Source: Eubacteriales bacterium (GTDB taxonomy: Bacteria > Bacillota > Clostridia > Oscillospirales > CAG-272). From it: a stretch of 64,000 bases of DNA. The DNA is taken from the NCBI GenBank assembly GCA_045531485.1, contig JAZSEC010000013.1, positions 4,510-68,509 of the forward strand. Direction: 5' to 3'. The position numbers were made by a program, and so were the translations under genes. Shown here one piece after another: positions 48,485 to 58,043 of the stretch. Positions within the stretch are counted from its first letter, which is position 1. Every line of letters begins with the position of its first letter. The notes below the pieces were generated by a model. The model ran no database searches and was not told the origin of the DNA. It saw nothing but the letters and a program-made list of their open reading frames with translations.

Positions 48485-49681
48485 TTATTTTCCGCCATTT
48501 CCCGCAAGCTTTGCGGCAGCCTCGGCACGCTCGGCACAGATCTGCTTCCATGAGGGAATGGTGGTAAGCAGTCTTGCAAAGTCCGAAAGGACGGTGGGAA
48601 TATCGATATTCTGAGGGCAGGCGTGGACGCAGGCACCGCAGGAAATGCAGGCGGTGGGTCGCTTATCCTCAGGCATAAACTCTATCTTGGAGGCACTGTT
48701 CACACCGGGAGCATAGCGAAGATCGTTGTACACCTCGATAAGCATTGGAATATTAAGCTCCATGGGACAGCCGTCGGTACAGTAGCGGCAGGCTGTACAG
48801 GGGATATTGCTCTTAAGACTCTCAGCAATGGCATAGAGGGTGTCGATCTCTGCGTCGTTTAAGGGCTTATCCTCCGAGAAGGTTCTGATATTGTCCTCAA
48901 GCTGCTCGCCATTGGACATTCCGCTTAAAATAACACCCATATTAGGCAATGTCATCAACCAACGGAAGCACCAGGACGCAACGCTCTCGTCGGGACGAAG
49001 GCTCTTAAGATGCTCCTTTGCCGAGTCGGGCAGCTTATCAACCAGCTTACCGCCGCGGACGGGCTCCATTACCCACACGGGTATGCCCCATTCTGCAAGG
49101 AGGTCGCACTTTTCCTTTGCCCTCTGGAGCGTCCAGTCCAGGTAATTCAGCTGAATCTGGCAGAACTCCATCTTATCACCGGCTGCATCAAGAAATTCGC
49201 GAAGATTCTCGGGCAGACCGTGGGTGGAGAAGCCGAGATGCTTTATTCTGCCAAGTCGCTTTTGCTCCACAAAGTAGTCGATAATACCCCAACGGGGATC
49301 GAGATAGGTGGCAATAGAGCTTTCGCTTATGTTATGTAAAAGATAGAAATCAAAGTAGTCAACACCGCACTTCTTAAGCTGCTCCTCAAAGATAGCGGCA
49401 GGATCGTAGGAGTCAAGCACCTGGTGACCCGGATACTTGGTAGCCAGATAGTAGCTGTCACGGGGGTACTTGGAAAGCAGCTTACCGGTCACAAGCTCGG
49501 AGTTACCGCCATGGTAGGGATAGGCGGTGTCAAAGTAGTTGATGCCTGCCTCCATAGCTCTGTCTATCATTCGCTCGGCGTGGGCAACATCGATCTGATC
49601 GTCCTTACCCAGCGTGGGCAGTCGCATAGCACCGAAGCCTAAGAGAGAGAGCTTCTTTCCCTGAAAATCTACGTATTTCAT
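48485..49681 (-). CDS. aldo/keto reductase with C-terminal 4Fe-4S ferredoxin-type domain
   Basis: Start refined to MKYVDFQGKKLSLLGFGAMRLP (RBS GGAGG). CTACRYCTDGCP and CISCGACVHACP clusters. Confidence 0.85.
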   Translation of the reverse strand: MKYVDFQGKKLSLLGFGAMRLPTLGKDDQIDVAHAERMIDRAMEAGINYFDTAYPYHGGNSELVTGKLLSKYPRDSYYLATKYPGHQVLDSYDPAAIFEEQLKKCGVDYFDFYLLHNISESSIATYLDPRWGIIDYFVEQKRLGRIKHLGFSTHGLPENLREFLDAAGDKMEFCQIQLNYLDWTLQRAKEKCDLLAEWGIPVWVMEPVRGGKLVDKLPDSAKEHLKSLRPDESVASWCFRWLMTLPNMGVILSGMSNGEQLEDNIRTFSEDKPLNDAEIDTLYAIAESLKSNIPCTACRYCTDGCPMELNIPMLIEVYNDLRYAPGVNSASKIEFMPEDKRPTACISCGACVHACPQNIDIPTVLSDFARLLTTIPSWKQICAERAEAAAKLAGNGGK

Positions 49682-49747
49682 AAATAACCTCCAATTTTTG
49701 TTAATTAGATTATAAACTAAAGATGAGGATATGTCAAGAAAAAAGTT

Positions 49748-49771
49748 AGAGCCGCAGAAAGCTGCGGCTCT
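49748..49771 (-). terminator. terminator after groEL
   Basis: agagccgcag-aaag-ctgcggctct followed by a T-rich tract on the minus strand. Confidence 0.65.
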
Positions 49772-49902
49772 ATTTAAAAAATTGTTTTTCAAGAGTTGCT
49801 CAAAAGTAACGTCAGATTTTGGTGAGAGGAGTCGTTTGTGACCCAAGGCATAGTTACGACGAGAGTTCAGCAAACGGCGTCAATCACCAAATATGGCATT
49901 GC

Positions 49903-51600
<1,698 letters not shown>

Positions 51601-51610
51601 TTACTTCAAG

Positions 51611-51800
51611 ACAAGCGATCCGATGCAATTCGCAAAATTTTGATGAAGTGCGAGCAACGGTTGTCGCCGGGCGTAGTCACCTACGTCAAATCAAGTAATC
51701 CGATGCGATTCGCAAAATTTTGATGAAGTGCGAGGAACGGTTGTCGCCGGGCGTAGTCACCTACGTCAAGACAAGCGATCCGAAGCAATTCGCAAAATTT
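51611..51800. repeat. 2 x 80-bp tandem units plus a 30-bp partial unit in the groES-groEL spacer
   Basis: Units at 51611-51690 and 51691-51770 (6 mismatches in 80), with a partial unit at 51771-51800. Core gtcgccgggcgtagtcacctacgtcaa. Confidence 0.95.
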
Positions 51801-52083
51801 ATTCTATAATGGCGAGAATGTCGGATTGAGATACGATAGAATATTCCTCTCCGTCAAGCTTAACCTCGGTGCCGCTGTACTTGCCAACGATTACCTTGTC
51901 GCCAACCTTAACGGTCATCTTGATCTCCTTGCCGTCAACGAGTCCGCCGGGTCCTACTGCCACAACCTCGGACATCTGAGGCTTTTCCTTTGCACTGCCG
52001 GTGAGAAGAATGCCGCTCTTGGTGGTTTCCTCTGCAACTGCAGCCTTTAATACAACCTTGTCAAACAAAGGCTTAATAGTCAT
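51799..52083 (-). CDS. groES: co-chaperonin GroES
   Basis: Start refined to MTIKPLFDKVVLK (94 aa, RBS GGAGA). The track N-terminal extension covers the CIRCE/promoter region. Confidence 0.95.
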   Translation of the reverse strand: MTIKPLFDKVVLKAAVAEETTKSGILLTGSAKEKPQMSEVVAVGPGGLVDGKEIKMTVKVGDKVIVGKYSGTEVKLDGEEYSIVSQSDILAIIE

Positions 52084-52106
52084 TTTAGTTTCTCCTTTTA
52101 GTGTTT

Positions 52107-52133
52107 TTAGCACTCGAACAGTTGGAGTGCTAA
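52107..52133. promoter_or_regulatory. CIRCE operator (HrcA binding site)
   Basis: TTAGCACTC-N9-GAGTGCTAA, a perfect match to the consensus. Confidence 0.92.
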
Positions 52134-52147
52134 CGCTTACAGCATAT

Positions 52148-52176
52148 ATTTTAACCCATACGCTATAAAAAGTCAA
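52148..52176 (-). promoter_or_regulatory. sigma-A promoter of groESL
   Basis: TTGACT (rc of 52171-52176), 17 nt, TAAAAT (rc of 52148-52153), just upstream of CIRCE. Confidence 0.55.
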
Positions 52177-52213
52177 TAGTTTTCTTTGTTTTTAATAAAA
52201 TATTTAAATTTCT

Positions 52214-52951
52214 CTAACAAAGCTCATGTCTCAGGATCTGTATGATCTTCTTCTCCTCCCTGGACACCTTTACCTGTGTAAGACCGAGGAGCTTCGCGGT
52301 TTCGGTCTGGGATAGGTCGCGGAAGTATCGAAGGATTATGAGTCTACGCTGAGCCTCGGGCAGCTTTTCTATCGCCATACGCAGAGCGAATCGGTCAAAC
52401 TGTCGCATCTCGGCATCCTCGTCACAGATGGTGCTGCCAAGGGTGGTGCTATCGTCGTCGTCATAGGCCGCCTCATCCAGCGATCGAACGGGCGATGCGG
52501 AAAAGAGAGCCGAGGCGGCGTCCTCACGAGAAATGCCGACAGCGGCGGCAACCGAGGAAATATCTGCATCCTCACCCGCGGAGAGCCTACGCTCACGCTC
52601 GGCACAGAGGAGGGCGGATAGCCGCTTTTCCTCCCTGGAAACCTTAATTATTCCGTCATCGCGAAGGAAGCGGCGGATCTCACCGAATATAAGCGGTACC
52701 GCATAGGTAGAAAAGGCACAGCCATGGGAGAAGTCAAAGGTTTTCATAGCCTTTACAAGACCGAGAGTTCCGCTTTCCACCAGGTCGCTCATATCTGCTC
52801 CCCGTCCGCTGAAGCGTCCCGCAATGCTGTATACTAAGGGTGCGTTAAGCTCGGCAAGTCGCTCGCCTGCGTACTCGTCACCCTGACGATAGGCATGGAG
52901 AAGCGATAGATTTTCGTCATAGGGGGATCGTTTTTCTTCTTTAGCTTTCAT
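52214..52951 (-). CDS. sigF: sporulation sigma factor SigF
   Basis: Sigma-70 regions 2-4 and the IIKVSR motif. It is the last gene of a spoIIAA-spoIIAB-sigF arrangement. Confidence 0.9.
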   Translation of the reverse strand: MKAKEEKRSPYDENLSLLHAYRQGDEYAGERLAELNAPLVYSIAGRFSGRGADMSDLVESGTLGLVKAMKTFDFSHGCAFSTYAVPLIFGEIRRFLRDDGIIKVSREEKRLSALLCAERERRLSAGEDADISSVAAAVGISREDAASALFSASPVRSLDEAAYDDDDSTTLGSTICDEDAEMRQFDRFALRMAIEKLPEAQRRLIILRYFRDLSQTETAKLLGLTQVKVSREEKKIIQILRHELC

Positions 52952-52964
52952 TTTTGTCCTTCGG

Positions 52965-53420
52965 TCAGGGCCTTAGATTTTTCCTCATAAGGACAACAGT
53001 TCCCTCACCGACCGTAGAATCAACCTTAAGATAGTCGGTGAAGCTCTCCATTACGAGAAAGCCCATTCCACATCTCTCCGTAGGCTCACCGGTGGTAAAG
53101 CTGGGTCTTCTGGCGGCTTCAGGATCCTTGATGCCGCAGCCACTGTCACGGATCTCAACGGTAACCTCACGGCTGTCATAGAGCCTTACGGATATGTATA
53201 TCTGCCCCGGATCGTCTGCGGGATAGCCGCGATAGGCGTGGACGATACAGTTTGTAACCGCCTCGCTGACGGCACATCTAAGGTCGCCAAGCTCCTCTAC
53301 CGTAGGGTCAAGCGATGCCACAAAGGCCGATACGACCGACCTGGCGACCGACTCGTTTATGCTGATCGCAGGCAGGCGAAGCTGTAGCTCGTTTATCTTT
53401 TTCTTCATATTTTTGACCAT
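52965..53420 (-). CDS. spoIIAB: anti-sigma F factor (serine kinase) SpoIIAB
   Basis: AVSEAVTNCIVHAY and the GMGF HATPase motifs. Confidence 0.9.
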   Translation of the reverse strand: MVKNMKKKINELQLRLPAISINESVARSVVSAFVASLDPTVEELGDLRCAVSEAVTNCIVHAYRGYPADDPGQIYISVRLYDSREVTVEIRDSGCGIKDPEAARRPSFTTGEPTERCGMGFLVMESFTDYLKVDSTVGEGTVVLMRKNLRP

Positions 53421-53429
53421 TCCTTTTCT

Positions 53430-53762
53430 TTACTTTAAAGCTTCGTTTAATATGGAAAGATTCGGTATCCGACGGATGCCGGACAGACGGATCAGCTTCA
53501 TAAGAGTCGGTGATAGGCCGTCTAGCAGCACCTCGCCGCCGATAAGAGATGCCTTCTCTACCCTGCCCATTATCAGACCAAGTCCTGAGCTGTCCATAAA
53601 GCTGACACCCGAGAAATCCAGGATCAGCCGACGGGGTCGCAGCTCAAAAAGCCTGGCGTCTATCCTCTCACGGATGAGCCGTGCCGAGTGGTGATCAATA
53701 TCGCAGCCAATAACAGCCACAAGACCGTCATCCATCTCCCTAAAAATTACGTCCTTTTGCAT
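53430..53762 (-). CDS. spoIIAA: anti-sigma F factor antagonist SpoIIAA (STAS domain)
   Basis: 110 aa. DFSGVSFMDSSGLG contains the phosphorylatable Ser motif. Confidence 0.9.
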   Translation of the reverse strand: MQKDVIFREMDDGLVAVIGCDIDHHSARLIRERIDARLFELRPRRLILDFSGVSFMDSSGLGLIMGRVEKASLIGGEVLLDGLSPTLMKLIRLSGIRRIPNLSILNEALK

Positions 53763-53884
53763 TTCCTTACTCCCTTTTCTTTTTTTGACAGGACAATTCT
53801 ATCACATAGAAGAAGAAAAAACTGTCGCATGGTGACAGAGTGAAATTTTTTCTTTCAGCCCACTATTTACCCAGTGAAAAAAAG

Positions 53885-54370
53885 CTATATTAAAGAAAGC
53901 CGTCTTGCAATATTATGCTTTACCGCCCCCTTTCGTTCCTTGTATATCCTCTCGGGCAGGATCCACAGCTCGCTTGAGGAATAGCCGCGGTTGCTTCCGA
54001 TATCCGAGATGAAATCACGGGCGTCGCGACTTCCCGCAATCTCGGTGGCGGCGTTCAGAATTCGATAGTTTAAAAAACGGTATTCCATTATCACGTTGTA
54101 GGGTGCGGCACGCTCGCTGATCACCCTGTCGCGACGCGGATAGTCGGCACAGAGGAGTCGGATCAGCTTATCAATAGGCTCGGGTATGGATGAATTGTTT
54201 TCCTCCCTGTTACCAGAGGAGATTGCGGATTTTTCCTTAAATTTTTCGTCTTTTGTCGAATTTTTGCCTATACGGTGGTTCGATTTTGTGTTTTGGGGAT
54301 CGGGGGAGCTGATCCCAACTGTCGCAGAATGCTCCGCCTTAGAATGAGGCGTCAAGTGTTTATCATGCAT
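53885..54370 (-). CDS. hypothetical protein; the C-terminal part is vaguely like small phage-type (ArpU / sigma region-4-like) regulators
   Basis: ORF track. Low-complexity N-terminus. C-terminus LPERIYKERKGAVKHNIARRL. Family not recognised with confidence. Confidence 0.45.
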   Translation of the reverse strand: MHDKHLTPHSKAEHSATVGISSPDPQNTKSNHRIGKNSTKDEKFKEKSAISSGNREENNSSIPEPIDKLIRLLCADYPRRDRVISERAAPYNVIMEYRFLNYRILNAATEIAGSRDARDFISDIGSNRGYSSSELWILPERIYKERKGAVKHNIARRLSLI

Positions 54371-54660
54371 CTTACTTCCTCCAGCTCGGCACGTAGCTCC
54401 TCAAGGGCAAGCTTCAGCCTTGCCAGGTTTTCAAGTGCCTCGTTAGCCTCGGCAACAGTGGCCTCAAGCTCGGGTATCCACCTCTCGGGCGACTGCTCTG
54501 CCCAGGTGGGAATCATCTCAATCAGCAAATTATGTACGGATAGCATTTCCTCCTGCTCCCTTACCTTTGCGGATATTTGAAGCATATCTCGGTGTATTTC
54601 AAGGGGGGTTCGATACAGCCTCGGTGCCATGCCCTCGGCTGTGTTCAGACATGAATACAT
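54352..54660 (-). CDS. hypothetical 102-aa helical protein
   Basis: Start refined to MYSCLNTAEG (RBS AAGGAAG). The C-terminal half looks like a coiled coil. 19-nt overlap with the downstream gene. Confidence 0.45.
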   Translation of the reverse strand: MYSCLNTAEGMAPRLYRTPLEIHRDMLQISAKVREQEEMLSVHNLLIEMIPTWAEQSPERWIPELEATVAEANEALENLARLKLALEELRAELEEVRCMINT

Positions 54661-54972
54661 TTTTTCTTCCTTTCTTAGTTTGTCACCTGAAGTGTTAATT
54701 TTAGTCGAGTGCAACAAGGGGCTTGTTGCTCAGTGCGTGACAATTATAGCACAGCATTTGTAACTTGTCAAGTGACATTTTTGAGATTTTTTCAAAAAAA
54801 CTATTGCATATTACGTGACAATATGTTATAATTAGGCAGAATGTGTCGAGAGAGAAAATACGAGGCAGAATTACGCGACTTTTTAGCGTGGAAAACAGGC
54901 TTTTACGGTAATTTTCGGTTGTATTTTCACCTGTCGGAACATAATAATCTATTTTTGGCAAAGAGGAATGGT

Positions 54973-55602
54973 ATGTTAAACGAGAAGATCAAAGAGCTAC
55001 GAAAAGAAAAGGGTCTGTCACTTGAGCAGTTAGCCGATATGATCGGCACCAGCAGACAGACTGTGCATAGATATGAAACAGGTGCGATATCGAATATCCC
55101 AAGCGAGAAGGTAGAGGCATTGGCAAGAGCCTTAGACACTACGCCCGCACGGCTTATGGGCTGGGAGGAGAAGATTCCTTCCTTTAATAATAATAGAACT
55201 GTTACTACCGCGGCGAAAAAGAGAAAGCTGCCCATACTGGGCAACGTTGCCTGCGGTGAGCCTATCTTCGCCACCGAGCAGCAGGGCTACTACGTAGAAG
55301 CCTGCAGTGAGATAACCGCCGACTTCTGCCTCAGGGCAAGGGGCGACAGTATGGTAAACGCACGCATTTTCGACGGCGATCTGCTCTTTGTCCGTCAGCA
55401 GGATAGCGTAGATGACGGCGATATTGCCGTGGTGCTTATCGACGACGAGGCAACCGTAAAGCGTGTTTACTTCAACCGTGAGGACGGCATCCTAACCCTT
55501 ATGCCCGAGAATCCCACCTACAAGCCAATGCGTTACTTCGGTAGCCAGCTAGATCGCATTCGTATCCTCGGCAAGGTTGTAAGCGGACAGTATAAAATTT
55601 AA
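54973..55602 (+). CDS. XRE-HTH + S24 peptidase repressor (CI/LexA-like)
   Basis: Start refined to MLNEKIKELRKEKGLSLEQLADMIGTSRQTVHRYETG. The C-terminal GDSM...VKR is an S24 Ser/Lys dyad context. Confidence 0.85.
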   Translation: MLNEKIKELRKEKGLSLEQLADMIGTSRQTVHRYETGAISNIPSEKVEALARALDTTPARLMGWEEKIPSFNNNRTVTTAAKKRKLPILGNVACGEPIFATEQQGYYVEACSEITADFCLRARGDSMVNARIFDGDLLFVRQQDSVDDGDIAVVLIDDEATVKRVYFNREDGILTLMPENPTYKPMRYFGSQLDRIRILGKVVSGQYKI

Positions 55603-55736
55603 ATCGGGAGTTTTAATTTTAAATACATAATGTGAAATTCAGAATTATAAAAAATGGCGATTTTGTAATGTTAAGTTGGCAAAATCGCTGTTTTTATGAA
55701 ATTTTGCGGCGAAAAATAAATATTTAGCGAGAAAAA

Positions 55737-55764
55737 ATCCGCCTTACCAAAATGGAAGGCGGAT
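55737..55764 (-). terminator. terminator (stronger on the minus strand) in the convergent intergenic region
   Basis: atccgcctt...aaggcggat with T6 on the minus strand. Confidence 0.6.
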
Positions 55765-55907
55765 TTAAACATATAGTGAGGCTATAGGATAAGAGTGGAA
55801 AAATCGTTCAAGACAAGGCAAAGCAAGCGATTGAGGTGAAGCCGTAGTAACCTACGGCGATCCGATTGAGTCGAAGCTTTAACGCAGTATTGGGCGATTT
55901 TTGCCTC

Positions 55908-56714
55908 TTAGCCGGGTTGTTTGCCAAAGTACGCCTGAATACCTCCATCAACGTAGAGGATCTGACCGTTTACAAAATCAGATGCTGTGGATGCGAGGAA
56001 TACAGCGGGACCTGCGAGATCCTCGGGGTTGCCCCAACGGCCTGCGGGAGTCTTGGTATCGGTGATGAAGCTGTCGAAGGGATGCTTGCTACCGTCTGCC
56101 TGGGGCTCGCGAAGGGGTGCGGTCTGGGGAGTAGCAATATAGCCGGGGCCAATGCCGTTGCACTGAATGTTGTACTGGCCATACTCACTTGCAATATTTC
56201 TGGTAAGCATCTTAAGGCCGCCCTTTGCAGAAGCGTAAGCGGATACGGTCTCACGGGCGAACTCACTCATCATAGAGCAGATGTTGATGATCTTACCCGA
56301 TCTCTGCTTGATCATGGAAGGAAGAACCGCCTTAGAAACGATGAAGGGAGCGTTAAGGTCAACGTCGATAACCTGACGGAACTCGGACGCCTTCATCTCA
56401 ATCATGGGAATACGCTTGATGATACCTGCGTTGTTTACGAGAATGTCGATTACGCCGACCTCCTTCTCGATCTTGGCAACGAGCTCGTTTACTGCATCCT
56501 CGTCGGTAACGTCGCAAACGTAACCCTTGGCATCAATGCCCTCTGCAGCGTAGCTGGCAAGACCGCGATCTACGAACTCCTGCTTAATGTCGTTGAAAAC
56601 GATGGTCGCACCTGCAGCAGCAAGACCCTTTGCAATAGCGAAGCCGATGCCGTAGGACGCACCTGTGATGAGAGCAACCTTGCCCTCAAGGTTGAAGATC
56701 TGTGTGTTGGACAT
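55908..56714 (-). CDS. kduD: SDR oxidoreductase, KduD / gluconate 5-dehydrogenase-like
   Basis: TGASYGIG, NNAG and YxxxK (YASAKGG) motifs. Adjacent to kduI. Confidence 0.82.
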   Translation of the reverse strand: MSNTQIFNLEGKVALITGASYGIGFAIAKGLAAAGATIVFNDIKQEFVDRGLASYAAEGIDAKGYVCDVTDEDAVNELVAKIEKEVGVIDILVNNAGIIKRIPMIEMKASEFRQVIDVDLNAPFIVSKAVLPSMIKQRSGKIINICSMMSEFARETVSAYASAKGGLKMLTRNIASEYGQYNIQCNGIGPGYIATPQTAPLREPQADGSKHPFDSFITDTKTPAGRWGNPEDLAGPAVFLASTASDFVNGQILYVDGGIQAYFGKQPG

Positions 56715-56754
56715 AGTATATGTTCTCCTTTGATAAATATTTTAAAAAATAAGA

Positions 56755-57585
56755 TTAACGAAGATCCTTGGTTAAGATATGGTCCATATCGGTGAATTCC
56801 TGGTTTTCGCCGCACATAGCCCAGATGAAGGAATAGTTCTTAGTTCCGACGCCCGAGTGGATAGACCAGGAGGGAGAGATAACCGCCTCCTCGTTATGCA
56901 TTACGATATGTCGGGTCTCACGAGGCTCGCCCATCATGTGGAATACGGCGTCGTTGTCGCCCATATCGAGATAGAGATAAACCTCCATACGTCTGTCGTG
57001 GGTGTGGGAGGGCATAGTGTTCCAGTTAGAGCCAACGTCAAGCTGGGTAAGACCCATAGCAAGCTGGCAGGAGCTCATAACCTCGGGGTGAATGTACTGG
57101 TTGATAACTCTCTTGTTACAATCCTCAACCGATCCGCAGGGAACCTTACGAGCCTTGGTAATATCTATCTTAACGATAGGATACTCGGTATGTGCGGGAC
57201 AGGAGGTGCAATAGAACTTAGCAGGATTCTCAGGATCGTCGCTGCGGAAGGAGATCACCTTATTACCTCTGCCGATATAGATGCCGTCACGGGGATTCAT
57301 ATTATAATCGACACCGTCAACGGTGATAACGCCTGCACCGCCGATATTGATACAGCCAAGCTCGCGTCGCTCAAGGAAGTAGTTAGCCGCAAGCTCTTTT
57401 CCCGCCTCGAGAGTAAGGGTCTTATGAACAGGCTTCATACCGATAACTATGATTCTGTCAATGTGGCTATATACCATCTTGATATCGTCCTCGGGGAAGA
57501 GGCCTGAAATATGGAACTCCTCTCTGAGTCTGTCGGTGGTATAGAATTTCACGTCCTTTGCATTTGCTGCATCTCTGACTTCCAT
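56755..57585 (-). CDS. kduI: 5-dehydro-4-deoxy-D-glucuronate isomerase
   Basis: 276 aa. Cupin His cluster MPSHTHDRRMEVYLY, typical of KduI. Confidence 0.9.
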   Translation of the reverse strand: MEVRDAANAKDVKFYTTDRLREEFHISGLFPEDDIKMVYSHIDRIIVIGMKPVHKTLTLEAGKELAANYFLERRELGCINIGGAGVITVDGVDYNMNPRDGIYIGRGNKVISFRSDDPENPAKFYCTSCPAHTEYPIVKIDITKARKVPCGSVEDCNKRVINQYIHPEVMSSCQLAMGLTQLDVGSNWNTMPSHTHDRRMEVYLYLDMGDNDAVFHMMGEPRETRHIVMHNEEAVISPSWSIHSGVGTKNYSFIWAMCGENQEFTDMDHILTKDLR

Positions 57586-57723
57586 TATGTATCTCCTTTT
57601 TATATAAATTATCTAAATTTCATTTCTGTGGCCATTTCTCCACAATACAATTTTAACATACATTCGCAGTAAAATCAAGCAAATTTTACTAAATAAATAA
57701 TATATTTATATTTGTGAATTATA

Positions 57724-57752
57724 TTGACAAACAAAAAAGATTGTGTTAAAAT
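57724..57752 (+). promoter_or_regulatory. sigma-A promoter of the valS leader
   Basis: TTGACA (57724-57729), 17 nt, TAAAAT (57747-57752), with an upstream TG. Confidence 0.6.
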
Positions 57753-57759
57753 ACATTTA

Positions 57760-58013
57760 TTATAGGTTTTACCTCTTCGGGAGGAGTAGCGTGTTATTTG
57801 CCACAAGAGAGTGTGCGGTTGGTGCGAGCATACGGAGATGCACGTGAAGGTAGCCCGAAGTATCCCCGGAAGAACGGCGTTTTAGCTTATTAGAACCGGG
57901 CGGTGAGCACCGTTATCTGCGTTAATGAGGCAGAGCATTTCTCTGCAAATTTGGGTGGTACCACGGAGTCTTTTCGTCCCAAGCGACAGCTTTTCGTCGC
58001 TTGGGATTTTTTT
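57760..58013 (+). promoter_or_regulatory. T-box riboswitch leader (tRNA-Val)
   Basis: Stem I base cttcggg/cccgaag, AGUA and GAA S-turn elements, and AGAGA. T-box aaatttgggtggtaccacgg (57947-57966). Terminator tcccaagcgac...gtcgcttggga plus T7 (57977-58013). Confidence 0.85.
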
Positions 58014-58043
58014 ATTGATAAATTACCGAAAGGAAGAAACAAA

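Noticed and set aside
53763-53884. Spo0A box / sigma-H promoter upstream of spoIIAA
   Set aside because: Only a one-mismatch 0A-like heptamer (tgcgaca) and a GAAT -10-like element were seen. There is no matching -35, so the evidence is too weak to annotate.
54973-55602. Calling this gene lexA
   Set aside because: The N-terminus is an XRE-type HTH rather than the LexA winged helix, and I found no convincing GAAC-N4-GTTC box upstream. It is kept as a CI/LexA-like S24 repressor.
57903-58043. N-terminal 47-aa extension of valS in the ORF track
   Set aside because: The extension overlaps the T-box and its terminator. The conserved ValS N-terminus begins at the ATG at 58044.
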